Shown here one piece after another: positions 37,395 through 46,649 of a DNA stretch of 64,000 bases (within the stretch, counting starts at the first letter, position 1; each line of letters starts with the position of its first letter). Made by a program: the position numbers and the translations under genes. The stretch covers positions 3,580,366 through 3,644,365 of the forward strand of contig JAXLQW010000001.1 of the NCBI GenBank assembly GCA_046331385.1, in the 5' to 3' direction. Source of the DNA: Thermoanaerobaculia bacterium (lineage in GTDB: Bacteria > Acidobacteriota > Thermoanaerobaculia > Multivoradales > JAGPDF01). The notes beneath the pieces are model-generated. The model saw only the letters and a program-made list of their open reading frames with translations. It was not told where the DNA came from and made no database searches.

Positions 37395-39617
37395 GTGCTC
37401 CCGATGCCCCGGATCGAGGGGAAATACGAGGTCCTGCGCAAGCTGTCCGAGGGCGGGATGGGGACGATCTACCTCGTCCGCCACCGCCACCTCGACGAGT
37501 TGCGGGTGATCAAGGTCCTGCGCCCGAACTTCGGCGCCGAGGGCGACCTCAAGGACCGCTTCCTGCGCGAGGCGCGGGTCGCCATCAAGCTGCGCCACCC
37601 GAACATCGCCCAGCTCTACGACTTCTCGGTCGACGACGAGGGGACCGCCTTCATGGTGATGGAGTTCATCGAGGGCATGACCTTCGAGGACTTCACCCGG
37701 CCGGAGCGCTTGCTGGCGCCGGCGGTGGCGGTCGAGATGGCGCAACAGGGTCTGCGCGCTCTCGGTTTCCTGCACCGCAAGGGCTACGTGCACCGCGACA
37801 TCTCGCCCGACAACCTGATGGTGGCGCTCGACGTCGATGGCCAGCCGCACGTCAAGCTGATCGACCTCGGGATCGTCAAGGCGCTCGCCGATTCGACCCA
37901 GAAGTCGGTCGCCGGCATGTTCCTCGGCAAGCCGCGCTACGCCTCGCCCGAGCAACTGCGCGGCGAGCCGCTCGATGGACGCGCCGATCTCTACTCGTTC
38001 GGCATCCTCTGTTTCGAGCTGCTGACCGGCCGCTATCCGATCTCGGGCAACGACTTCGCCTCGCTGGTGACCGGCCATCTCTATCTGCCGCCGATGGATT
38101 TCGCGACCGCCGATCCCGGCGGCCGGGTGCCGGAGAGGCTACGCGCCCTGGTGACGCGTGCCATGGCGAAGACGCCGGACGAGCGGCCCTCGACTGCCGA
38201 GGCGATGGTCGCCGAGCTCGCGCTGTGCGGCCTGCCCGAATGGCGGCCGCTCGCCGCCGACCTGCTCTCGCGCCTCGAGAGCTGGCGCCTGGCGCATCCG
38301 GTTCCGGTCGCCGCGCCGCGCAGCTCGCACACCACGCAGGAAGAGCTCAACCGCCAGTTCCACGAAGCGCGTTCGACTCCGGCCACCGGCACCGCCATCG
38401 GCGATCGGCCGCTGGCGCTCGCCTCGACCGAGGTCGATCGCACCCTGCGCCTCGCCGGCCTGCGCGAGGCGATCGCCGCCGGCGAGCTCGACCGCGCCGA
38501 GCAGCTGCTGGCGGCGGCCGGGGTCGCCGACACGCGCGACCCGGCGCTCGCCGGGGTCGAGAACGAGCTGCGCGAGCGGCTCGAGGAGCGCAAGCGCGAG
38601 CGCGTCTTCCAGGACGGCCTGGCGGAGCTCGACCGACTGCTCGCCGCCGAGCGACCGCGCGAGGCGGCGATCCGCTTGCGCGGTCTGGTGGCCGAGCACG
38701 GCTCGCGCGCCGAGCTCGTCGAGCGCGACCAGAAGCTCGAGATCCTCGGGCGCGAGCTGCGCTTCGCCGAGGTGGCGGGAGCGGCGCGCGACGCCTTCGG
38801 GCGCCGGGACTGGGCGGCGGCGCGCGACGGGCTGGCGCTGGCGCAACAGCTGCGGCCCGACGACCCCGAGATCAAGCGGATGCTGATGGAGGTCCAGGAG
38901 CGGCTGGCCGAGGCGCGGCGTGCGGCGCAGGTCCGCGAGCGGATCGAGCGCGGCGAGGCGGCGGTCAAGAAGCTCCTGGCGGGGGATCGACCGGAGGAGG
39001 CGGCCGAGGAGCTCGTCCGCCTGCGCGCCGAATCCGGCGAAACCGACGGCTCGGCGGCGTTGCAGCTGCTGGTGGACGCGGCGCTCGCGCAGCGGCGCGA
39101 GAACGAGTACCGGACGGAGATCGCGCGCGCCGAGCGCGATCTCGCCCGCGGCCGGATCGACGAAGCCGAAGAGGCGCTGGCTCGCGCCCGGCGCTGGCGC
39201 GAGCTCGCGCCCGAGCACGCCCTGCTCGCCGAGCGCGTGGCGCGCGAAGCGGCGACCGCCCACCCCGAGCGCGAGCTCGGCGAGATGGTCAGCCGCGTCC
39301 TGGTCGAGGTGGACCGGCTGCTCGCCGAGGGCGACGCCGAGAGCGCTCTGGCGACCGCCGAGGAGCTGCTGCGGATGCCGGTTTGGGAGCTGCCGCCGGG
39401 GGTTCAGTCGAGCCTGCAGACCACCCTGGATCGCGCCCGCACGGCGCGCATCCTCGAGCTCGGCAGGATCGCCCGCCGGCAGCTCGCCGAAGGCTCGCGG
39501 CTCGACGCCGACTACACCCTCGACCGCGCCCGCCAGGTCGACCCGCGCCACCCCGAGGTGAATCGCCTGGCGACCGAGATCGCCGGCGCGCGCGATCGCC
39601 CCGGCGGTTCCGCGTAG
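37395..39617 (+). CDS. Ser/Thr protein kinase with a long C-terminal E/R/A/L-rich helical (TPR or coiled-coil-like) region.
   Basis: The kinase domain reads YEVLRKLSEGGMGTIYLVRHRHLDELRVIKVL...HRDISPDNLMV...DLGIVK...GKPRYASPEQ. The C-terminal ~400 aa are repetitive (ERLEERKRERVFQDGLAELDRLLAAERPREAAIRLRGLVAEH...). Confidence 0.85.
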   Translation: MLPMPRIEGKYEVLRKLSEGGMGTIYLVRHRHLDELRVIKVLRPNFGAEGDLKDRFLREARVAIKLRHPNIAQLYDFSVDDEGTAFMVMEFIEGMTFEDFTRPERLLAPAVAVEMAQQGLRALGFLHRKGYVHRDISPDNLMVALDVDGQPHVKLIDLGIVKALADSTQKSVAGMFLGKPRYASPEQLRGEPLDGRADLYSFGILCFELLTGRYPISGNDFASLVTGHLYLPPMDFATADPGGRVPERLRALVTRAMAKTPDERPSTAEAMVAELALCGLPEWRPLAADLLSRLESWRLAHPVPVAAPRSSHTTQEELNRQFHEARSTPATGTAIGDRPLALASTEVDRTLRLAGLREAIAAGELDRAEQLLAAAGVADTRDPALAGVENELRERLEERKRERVFQDGLAELDRLLAAERPREAAIRLRGLVAEHGSRAELVERDQKLEILGRELRFAEVAGAARDAFGRRDWAAARDGLALAQQLRPDDPEIKRMLMEVQERLAEARRAAQVRERIERGEAAVKKLLAGDRPEEAAEELVRLRAESGETDGSAALQLLVDAALAQRRENEYRTEIARAERDLARGRIDEAEEALARARRWRELAPEHALLAERVAREAATAHPERELGEMVSRVLVEVDRLLAEGDAESALATAEELLRMPVWELPPGVQSSLQTTLDRARTARILELGRIARRQLAEGSRLDADYTLDRARQVDPRHPEVNRLATEIAGARDRPGGSA

Positions 39618-39694
39618 ACTTCCGCCGCTTGTCCGTCCCCGCGAATTCCCGTGTCGCCAAACCGGCGGGCCTCGGCGAGATCGTCGCCTGGGCG

Positions 39695-40933
39695 ATGTTC
39701 GACTTCGCCAATTCGAGCTACACCACGATCGTCGTCACCGTCGCCTACGGCGTCTTCTTCACCAAAGTGGTGGCGGCGGGCCCGGCGGCCGACCTGTGGT
39801 GGGGCCGCGGGGTGATGATCTCGAACCTCGTCGTGCTCCTGCTGTCGCCGTTCGTCGGCGCGGTGGCCGACGAGTCGGGGCGCAAGAAGGCGTTCCTCTT
39901 CTTCACCTACCTGACCTGCGTCGCCGGCACCGCGGCGCTCTGGTTCGTCGGTCCGGGAGCGATCGCCCTCGGCCTGGCGCTGTTCGTGGTCTCGAACCTC
40001 GGATTTTCCTTCGGCGAGAACTTCGTCGCCGCCTTCCTGCCCGAGATCTCGACCCCGGCCAACGTCGGCCGGATCTCGGGCTTCGGCTGGGGGCTCGGCT
40101 ACTTCGGCGGCCTGGCGTGCCTGCTGCTGATCCGCGGCCGAATCGCCGGCGGTTTCACGGTCGAGAATTTCGCCAATCTGCGCTGGACTTGGGTGATCAC
40201 CGCGGTCTTCTTCCTGGTCGCCGGGCTGCCGACCTTCCTGGTGCTGCGCGAGCGCGCACCCCGGCGCAGCGAATCGCTGCTCTACTACCTGCGCAACGGC
40301 TTCGGCCGAGTGGCGACCACGGCGCGCGAGGCGCTGCGCTTCCGCGAGCTGGTGCGCTTCCTCGGCGTCTTTTTCGTCTTCTCGCTCGGGCTGACGAGCA
40401 TCATCTCCTTCGTCGGCATCTACGCCGAGCGCACGATCGGGCTGACCCCCGGCGAGCTGATCCGGCTCTTCCTGCTGCTGCAGATCTCCTCGGCGCTCGG
40501 CGCCTTCGCCTTCGGCGCGTTGCAGGACCGGCTGGGCGCCCGGCGGACGATCCAGCTCGCGCTCGTCGTCTGGCTCGGCGTCTGCGGCACGGTCTACGCG
40601 ACCACCGACAAGCGCGTCTTCTGGGGGGTGGCTCTGGCCGCCGGGCTGGGGATCGGCTCGCTGCAGTCGGCTTCGCGCGGCCTGGTGGGCCTGTTCTCGC
40701 CGGTCGACAAGAGCGGCGAGTTCTTCGGCCTCTGGGGCCTCGCCGGCAAGGGCGCCTACGCCGTCGGGCCGCTCGTCTTCGGCTGGATCTCCTCGCTGAC
40801 CGGCTCGCAACGCGGCTCGGTGCTCGCCACCGCCGTCTTCTTCGCCCTCGGTTTCCTCGGTATGTTCTTCATCGACGAGGGCCGCGGTCGCGCCGCCGCC
40901 GAGGCGTGGAGCGCGCGCCACGGCAGCGGCTAG
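39695..40933 (+). CDS. MFS transporter, UMF1/Atg22-like family.
   Basis: The protein reads ...AWAMFDFANSSYTTIVVTVAYGVFF... (the family-typical W-A-hydrophobic-F/Y-D-F/W-A-N-S motif) and has 12 predicted TM helices. The start is ATG 39695; a TTG at 39629 is an alternative. It is the 3' part of a 1500-aa artefact ORF. Confidence 0.7.
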   Translation: MFDFANSSYTTIVVTVAYGVFFTKVVAAGPAADLWWGRGVMISNLVVLLLSPFVGAVADESGRKKAFLFFTYLTCVAGTAALWFVGPGAIALGLALFVVSNLGFSFGENFVAAFLPEISTPANVGRISGFGWGLGYFGGLACLLLIRGRIAGGFTVENFANLRWTWVITAVFFLVAGLPTFLVLRERAPRRSESLLYYLRNGFGRVATTAREALRFRELVRFLGVFFVFSLGLTSIISFVGIYAERTIGLTPGELIRLFLLLQISSALGAFAFGALQDRLGARRTIQLALVVWLGVCGTVYATTDKRVFWGVALAAGLGIGSLQSASRGLVGLFSPVDKSGEFFGLWGLAGKGAYAVGPLVFGWISSLTGSQRGSVLATAVFFALGFLGMFFIDEGRGRAAAEAWSARHGSG

Positions 40934-40958
40934 AGCGCCCACGGGCTCGGCCACGGTC

Positions 40959-42350
40959 ATGCGGCGAGCTCTCGACGCGCTGGTCGGCTGGCTCTGCCGC
41001 CGGTTGCTGCTCCTCTTCTTCCGCCGAGTCGAGGTCGTTCGCCGCGATCGTCTGCCGGAGCGTGGCCCGCTGGTGGTGGTCGCCAACCACACCAACGGGC
41101 TCGTCGATCCGATGTTCGTCCTCGGACCGCTGCGCCTGCCGGCGCGCATGCTCGGCAAGAGCACGCTGTGGAAGATCCCGGTGCTGGCGCAGATCCTCGA
41201 TCTCGCCGGGGTCCTCCCGGTCGTGCGCCGGCAGGACACTCCGGGCGAGGCGGGCGAGCGCAACCGCGAGACCTTCGCCCGCTGTCACCAGGAGCTGGCG
41301 CGGGGCGGCGTGGTGGCGATTTTCCCCGAAGGCACGAGCCACGACCAGCCGCACCTGCTGCCGCTGCGCACCGGCGCGGCGCGTATCGCCCTCGAGGCGG
41401 AGCTCGAGCGCGGGCCGGTCGGGGTGCGCATCCTCCCCGTCGGTCTGGTGTTCGAGGAGCGCGGGCGGTTCCGCTCCCGCGCGCTGGTGGTGGTCGGCGA
41501 GTCGCTCGACCCGGCGCCCGAGATCGCGCTCGCCCGCGCCGACGAGCACGCCGCGGTGCACGCGCTGACGGCGCGCATCGCCGCGGCGCTCGAGCGCGTG
41601 ACGCTCAACTACACCAGCTGGCGGGAGGCGCGACTGATCGAGGTCGGGGCCGAGATCTTCGACCGCGACACCGAGGCTCCGGCGGCCCGCCGGCGCCTGG
41701 CGACCGAGTTCCACACCCGCAAGGCGCTCTCGACCTCGTTCGAGGAGCTCCGGCGTCGATTCCCGGCCGAGCTCGAGGCCGCGGTCGCGGCCGCCGAGCG
41801 TTACGACGGCCTCTTGCGCACCGCCGGCCTGACCGACGAGCAGGTCAGCTCCGACGTCGAATGGCGCCCGGCGCTCGCCTTCGCGGCGCGCACGACGCTG
41901 CGCATCTGCGTCGCCTCGCCGCTGGCGATCGCCGGCACGCTCGCCAACCTGCCGCCCTTCGCGCTCGCGGCCCTGGTGGCGCGCCGGGTGCGCGACGAGC
42001 CGAACCAGATCGCGACCTACAAGCTCTTCCCCTCTCTGGTGCTCTATCCGGCGACCTGGATCGGCGAGGGGGTCCTCGCCGGTTGGCGTTTCGGGGCGTG
42101 GGCCGGTCTCGCCGCCGCCGTGCTCGCGCCGATCTCGGGCTTCGTGGCGTTGCGCTGGCACGAACGGCGCGCGACGCTCTGGCGCGAGAGTCGCGCCTTC
42201 CTGCTCCTGCGCACGCGGCGCCGGGTGGCGCGCGAGTTTCGCGCCCGCCGCGCCGCCGTGGCGCGCGAGATCGCCCGCCTGGTCGACCTCTGGGTGGCCT
42301 CCCAGGGCGAGCGCGGCGAGCCGGCGCGCGGTCCGGTCGAAGGCGACTAG
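40959..42350 (+). CDS. Lysophospholipid/glycerol-3-phosphate acyltransferase (PlsC family) with a ~200-aa C-terminal membrane extension.
   Basis: The protein carries the HX4D motif (VVANHTNGLVDPMF) and the FPEGTS motif, followed by a hydrophobic C-terminal region (LRICVASPLAIAGTLANLPPFALAALVA...GLAAAVLAPISGFVAL). Confidence 0.75.
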   Translation: MRRALDALVGWLCRRLLLLFFRRVEVVRRDRLPERGPLVVVANHTNGLVDPMFVLGPLRLPARMLGKSTLWKIPVLAQILDLAGVLPVVRRQDTPGEAGERNRETFARCHQELARGGVVAIFPEGTSHDQPHLLPLRTGAARIALEAELERGPVGVRILPVGLVFEERGRFRSRALVVVGESLDPAPEIALARADEHAAVHALTARIAAALERVTLNYTSWREARLIEVGAEIFDRDTEAPAARRRLATEFHTRKALSTSFEELRRRFPAELEAAVAAAERYDGLLRTAGLTDEQVSSDVEWRPALAFAARTTLRICVASPLAIAGTLANLPPFALAALVARRVRDEPNQIATYKLFPSLVLYPATWIGEGVLAGWRFGAWAGLAAAVLAPISGFVALRWHERRATLWRESRAFLLLRTRRRVAREFRARRAAVAREIARLVDLWVASQGERGEPARGPVEGD

Positions 42351-42384
42351 CGGCGTCGCGGCCGAATCCGGGAGAGCGGTCAGC

Positions 42385-44520
42385 TCAGGGCGCGGGGGCG
42401 ACGCGAAAGGCGGCGAGGGCGCGCGAGCTGGCGGCGATCTCGAGCGGGAAGCGCCGCGGATCGGCCATCGCCCAGCGGCACTCGAGCGACCAGGGGTATC
42501 CGCACACGAGGAGGTCCACCTTCGCGGAGCGCAGGCGGGCGAGCCAGGATTCGGGATCCGCGGCGGCCGCCAGCTTCGCCCCGTCGGCGTAGCTGACGAT
42601 TCTTCCGTCGCGGGTCGGCGGTACGTACAGAAGCCGGTTCTGCAGGCGCGATCCCAGCAGCGGATAGCGGCACCAATTCTGACCCGCGATCAGGTCCCAG
42701 CCCCATGAGGCGGCCACCGAAAGCGGCCGGTCGCCATCCAGGTGCGCCCAGACCGCCGCGGCTCCCGGGGGCGCGAGCACCTGGATGGGGTGGGCGTCGA
42801 ATGCGGCCTCGCGGTCGTCGAGGGCGCGCCGGTAGGAGACTTCGCGCCGGGTGGCGCGCAGCGCGTCGATCCAGATCACCGCGGCGAGGAGCGATGCGAC
42901 GACCGCGCCGGCGACCAGGCGGCGCTCGCCTCCGGCCAGACGGCGGCGGAAGACCGCGAGGGCCAGCGCCAGCACCGCGACGACAGTGAGCGGCGCCGCG
43001 GCCGGCGCGAGATCCGCGAGGGTGAAGCCGAGCGGCCAGGCGGAAAGCAAGTCGAGGGCGATCGCCAAGGCGCAGAGCGGAGCGGCGACGGTGGCCGGCA
43101 ACAGCGCGACCGCGGCCGCGGCGAGCGCCGGCGCTTGCAGCAACAGGCGGCCGTTGACGTCCCACCACAGCGGGCTGCGCAGCGCGGCGAGCTGCGGCGA
43201 GAAGACCGCCGCGAGCGGCCAGAGCGCGAGGCCGAGGACGAGGATCGACCGCCACCTCGCGCCGTGCCGGGCCGGTTGCAGCGCGGCGCCGAGGAGCGTC
43301 ACGGCGCCGAGCCCAGCGAGCAGCGCGCCGCCCCAGCCGAAGTTGAGGTGCGGCCAGGTCGGAAAGGCGCGCCCGCGGAAGAGACGCAACAGGAACTCCA
43401 GGTTGTCCGGCGGCACCAATGGGTGCGCCAGCGCATGGACGAACGCCGGATCGCCGTGGGCGAGCGTCCGGCCGAGAATGCGGGCTTCGAACGGCGCGCT
43501 CCACGATCCCGTCCAGACGACGCCCCAGACGAGCGGCGCCGCGGCGAGCGCCAGCGGTGCGAGCGCCGGCAGCAGCCGCCGGCGGAGCCGGGCGCGCGGC
43601 AGCGAACCTGACCGGGCGAGCACCACCGCGGCGGCGAAGCCGAGAGCCGGGAAGCTCATCGACTTGCTGTCGGAGAGCAGCGCGAATCCGAAGAGAGCGA
43701 AGAGGGCGTCGCCGCTTCGCCGCGTACGGAGGAAGCGCAGCAGGAAGAGGGTGCCCACCAGCGCCCACGCGGAGGCGAGATCGTCGACATAGGCGGTGGT
43801 GGCGAAGCGCAGCGCTGCCGGCAGGCTGCCGGTCGCGCCGGCCACCGCGGCGGCGACCGGTGGCGCGCCGCCGAGCTCGCGGGCGAGGGCGTAGACGGCG
43901 AAGACCAGGAAGAAGAAAGCGCCGACCGTCGCTAGAACCAGGAGCGTGTCCGAGTGGGTCGCGGCGAGCATCCAGGCCCACAGCGCATCGCCGCCGGGTG
44001 CGAAGTGCTCGTAGTAGCCGACGGCGTCGGGGCCCGGCACCGGTGCCCACGAACCGGTCTGCAGCCAACGCGCGGCGCGCACCAGGTGATAGGTGAGGGC
44101 ATCCCACGCCAGCGGCGGTCCGACCAGGGCGCGCAGCGCGAGCGGTGCGACGAGGAGCACGGGCGCGAGCGCCAGCGCTCCGGGAAACCGTCGCGTGACC
44201 GCGAGCGCCTGGCGCGCGCTCGCGCCCAGCGCCTTGCCGATCTCGGAGCGCGCCGCGGCGCCGCCCCACAGCCGTTCGGCGATCGTCCAGGCCGCCAAGG
44301 CGCCGGCGCCGACCGAGGCGAGCGAGAAGACCCCGAGCGCGCCGCTGGCGAAGAAGAGGGTGAGGTAGAGAGCCGTCGCCGCAGCGAGCGAGGCGGCGAG
44401 AAACGGCACCCGCTCCGCGGTGCCGAGCGCCCGGCGAGCGACGAGCGCTCCCGTCCCGGCGAGCGCGGCGCTTGCCGCACCCCAGAAGAGTAGGCGCGCC
44501 GCGAGCGCGAGGACGCTCAT
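42385..44520 (-). CDS. Large polytopic membrane protein with a periplasmic C-terminal domain. It is possibly a GT-C-fold glycosyltransferase (ArnT/PMT-like), but this is uncertain.
   Basis: The start was chosen at the internal MSVLALAARLLFWGAASAALAG; the upstream 119 codons are R/P-rich artefact. The first ~450 aa contain more than 10 hydrophobic helices, followed by a soluble ~250-aa C-terminus. No diagnostic motif was confidently recognised. Confidence 0.45.
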   Translation of the reverse strand: MSVLALAARLLFWGAASAALAGTGALVARRALGTAERVPFLAASLAAATALYLTLFFASGALGVFSLASVGAGALAAWTIAERLWGGAAARSEIGKALGASARQALAVTRRFPGALALAPVLLVAPLALRALVGPPLAWDALTYHLVRAARWLQTGSWAPVPGPDAVGYYEHFAPGGDALWAWMLAATHSDTLLVLATVGAFFFLVFAVYALARELGGAPPVAAAVAGATGSLPAALRFATTAYVDDLASAWALVGTLFLLRFLRTRRSGDALFALFGFALLSDSKSMSFPALGFAAAVVLARSGSLPRARLRRRLLPALAPLALAAAPLVWGVVWTGSWSAPFEARILGRTLAHGDPAFVHALAHPLVPPDNLEFLLRLFRGRAFPTWPHLNFGWGGALLAGLGAVTLLGAALQPARHGARWRSILVLGLALWPLAAVFSPQLAALRSPLWWDVNGRLLLQAPALAAAAVALLPATVAAPLCALAIALDLLSAWPLGFTLADLAPAAAPLTVVAVLALALAVFRRRLAGGERRLVAGAVVASLLAAVIWIDALRATRREVSYRRALDDREAAFDAHPIQVLAPPGAAAVWAHLDGDRPLSVAASWGWDLIAGQNWCRYPLLGSRLQNRLLYVPPTRDGRIVSYADGAKLAAAADPESWLARLRSAKVDLLVCGYPWSLECRWAMADPRRFPLEIAASSRALAAFRVAPAP

Positions 44521-46649
44521 CTTCCGCCGCCGGCGGCCGCCGGGGCGCGGCGGCGGTAGGCGGACGCGGCGGCGCGGTTGCCGAGGTCTTCCATGGTCCG
44601 CGCCGCGAGCTCGAAGCCGGCGCGGGTCGGTACCGCCGCGACCAGGGCGTCGAGCGTCGGTTGGATCTCGTCGAAGCGGTGGCCGGCGGCGAGCAGGATG
44701 GCGAGGCGGACGTAGGCCTCCTCGGTGCGCGGAAAGCGCTCGATCTCGCGGCGAAAAGCGGACTCGGCCTCGCTCGTCCGCCCGAGCCGGGCGAGCAGAT
44801 CGCCGCGGGTCGAGTCGAGGGTGGCGATCGGTTCGGCGGCACCGCTGGCGACGCGCGATTCGGCTTGCTCGATCCAATCGAGACCTTCGCTGGGCCGTCC
44901 GGTCTGGCCGGCGATCTCGGCTAACAGCACCAGAGCGGGGAGGCGAGGCAGCGCGGGGTTACCGATCGCTGCCCGCGCTTCGGCCTCGGCGCGGACGAAG
45001 TTGCGCCGGCGCGCCGCGACCTGCGCGAGCAGCAGGTGCGCTTCGGCGGGAGATCCCGACAGGGCGAGGCGAGCGTTCTCTTCGGCGGCCGCGAGGTCAC
45101 CGAGATCGAGCTCCACCTTGGCAATCTCGACGGCCACCGTCTGCAGGTGACCGGGCGCTTGACGCACCACCTCCCGGTATTGCTCGAGCGCCGACTCGAA
45201 GTGGCCGAGGCGGCGCAGGACCGCGGCGAGCTGAACCCGAGCATCGACCATGTCCGGGTTGTCCTGGACCAGGCGACGCAGGCTCGCCAGGGCCTCGGCG
45301 ACGCGGCCCGCTTGCACGCGCTCGAAGTTCCGCTGCAGTTCGGCGAGCTCGCCGATTCTCCCCTTGGGGTCGGGCCGCGGCCCGGTTGTCGCGCTCTCGG
45401 TACCGGTCAAGTAGCCGAGGGCCGCTAGGCGCTTGCGCTCCTCGGGGCTCGCCGGGGTCGCCTCCGTCAGCGCCTCGGGGACGAGGGCGATCTCCTGGCG
45501 ACGCTCTTGAAACGCTCGGCGCTCTCGGTCGCGCAGGTTGTCGCGTTCCGCAGCATCGGCGATCAGGTCGTAGAGCTCCGGGTCGGGTCCGTCGATCAGC
45601 TGATAGCGCTCGTCGATCAGGGAGCGCAGCGCGCTCCAGCCGAGGTGGATCCGCGGATAGAAGGTCTCGGCATAGAGGCGACGATGCGCCGCCGAGGCAG
45701 CCAGCAGATTCGTTCCCGGGAGTCCCGGGGGCGGTGTCAGTCCGACGACGGCGAGGACGGTCGGCACGATGTCGATCAACCCGACCGGGTCGATCGAGAT
45801 CTCGCCGGCGCGCTGGTTGCCGGGGAGTTTGAGAACCAGCGGGACGTGTAGCGCCTCGCGGTACAAGAGAATGCCGTGCTCTTGCTCGCCATGGTCGGCG
45901 AGGCCTTCGCCGTGATCCGAAGCCAGCACCACCAGCGCTCGCTGGTAGAGACCGCGCCGCTCGAGCTCCGCCAGCAGGCGGCCGACGATCGCGTCGGCCG
46001 CTTCGATCTCGCCGTCATAGAGCGTCGGCGCCCGTGTGCGGAAGGGCTCAGGCGGCGAGTACGGCGTGTGCGGTTCGAACAGGTGCAGCCAGAGGAAGAA
46101 GGGGCGTGCGCCGACCTCGGCGAGCCAGCCGAGATCGGCCGCCAGAGCCTCTCCTCCAGGTCGCTGAAGCCCGCCGAGGGGCTGATCTTGCCGGACTTCC
46201 AGGGCGTCGTCGAAGCGTTCGAAGCCGGCGGCGATACCGGTCTCCGAGCGCAGCACGTACGACGAAACGGCCGCGCCGGTACGGTAGCCGGAGCGCGAGA
46301 GGAGCGTGGCGAGCGTCGGAAATCGCTCGCCGTCCAGCTTGAAGCCGATGTTGCTGCGAACGCCGTGCTCGTACGGCAACCTGCCGGTCAGCAGCGAGGA
46401 ATGAGAGGGCAGCGTGAGCGGCACGTGAGCGTAGGCGTTCGCGAAACGGATGCCGTCGCGGGCGAGGCGATCGATCGCCGGCGTCACGACGCCCTGTCGA
46501 CCCCAAGAGGGAAGATGGTCGGCGCGCAGAGTGTCGATGGTGACGAGGACGACCGGAGCTCCACGGCTGGTCGCCTCACGCGCGCAACCAGCGAGCGCGC
46601 ATGCCGCCAGCCAACCGAGCGCCAGCTTTCGCGCGAGCCGGCCGGTCAA
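44517..46649 (-). CDS. Lipoprotein with an N-terminal sulfatase-like domain (alkaline-phosphatase superfamily) and C-terminal TPR repeats. Paralog 2 of a tandem pair.
   Basis: The true start is probably a TTG giving a lipoprotein signal (...RKLALGWLAACALAGCAREATS). The sulfatase-like motifs are VVLVTIDTLRADHL, PLTLPSHSSLLTG and ASDHGEGL. The C-terminus carries TPR-like repeats (AESAFRREIERFPRTEEAYVRLAILL...). The long N-terminal ORF extension is artefact. Confidence 0.7.
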   Translation of the reverse strand: MTGRLARKLALGWLAACALAGCAREATSRGAPVVLVTIDTLRADHLPSWGRQGVVTPAIDRLARDGIRFANAYAHVPLTLPSHSSLLTGRLPYEHGVRSNIGFKLDGERFPTLATLLSRSGYRTGAAVSSYVLRSETGIAAGFERFDDALEVRQDQPLGGLQRPGGEALAADLGWLAEVGARPFFLWLHLFEPHTPYSPPEPFRTRAPTLYDGEIEAADAIVGRLLAELERRGLYQRALVVLASDHGEGLADHGEQEHGILLYREALHVPLVLKLPGNQRAGEISIDPVGLIDIVPTVLAVVGLTPPPGLPGTNLLAASAAHRRLYAETFYPRIHLGWSALRSLIDERYQLIDGPDPELYDLIADAAERDNLRDRERRAFQERRQEIALVPEALTEATPASPEERKRLAALGYLTGTESATTGPRPDPKGRIGELAELQRNFERVQAGRVAEALASLRRLVQDNPDMVDARVQLAAVLRRLGHFESALEQYREVVRQAPGHLQTVAVEIAKVELDLGDLAAAEENARLALSGSPAEAHLLLAQVAARRRNFVRAEAEARAAIGNPALPRLPALVLLAEIAGQTGRPSEGLDWIEQAESRVASGAAEPIATLDSTRGDLLARLGRTSEAESAFRREIERFPRTEEAYVRLAILLAAGHRFDEIQPTLDALVAAVPTRAGFELAARTMEDLGNRAAASAYRRRAPAAAGGGR

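Noticed and set aside
42380-44842. Alternative-frame 820-aa ORF overlapping the polytopic membrane protein gene.
   Set aside because: Its composition is R/P/A-rich, with no hydrophobic helices or motifs. The 42385..44520 frame encodes a coherent multi-TM protein.
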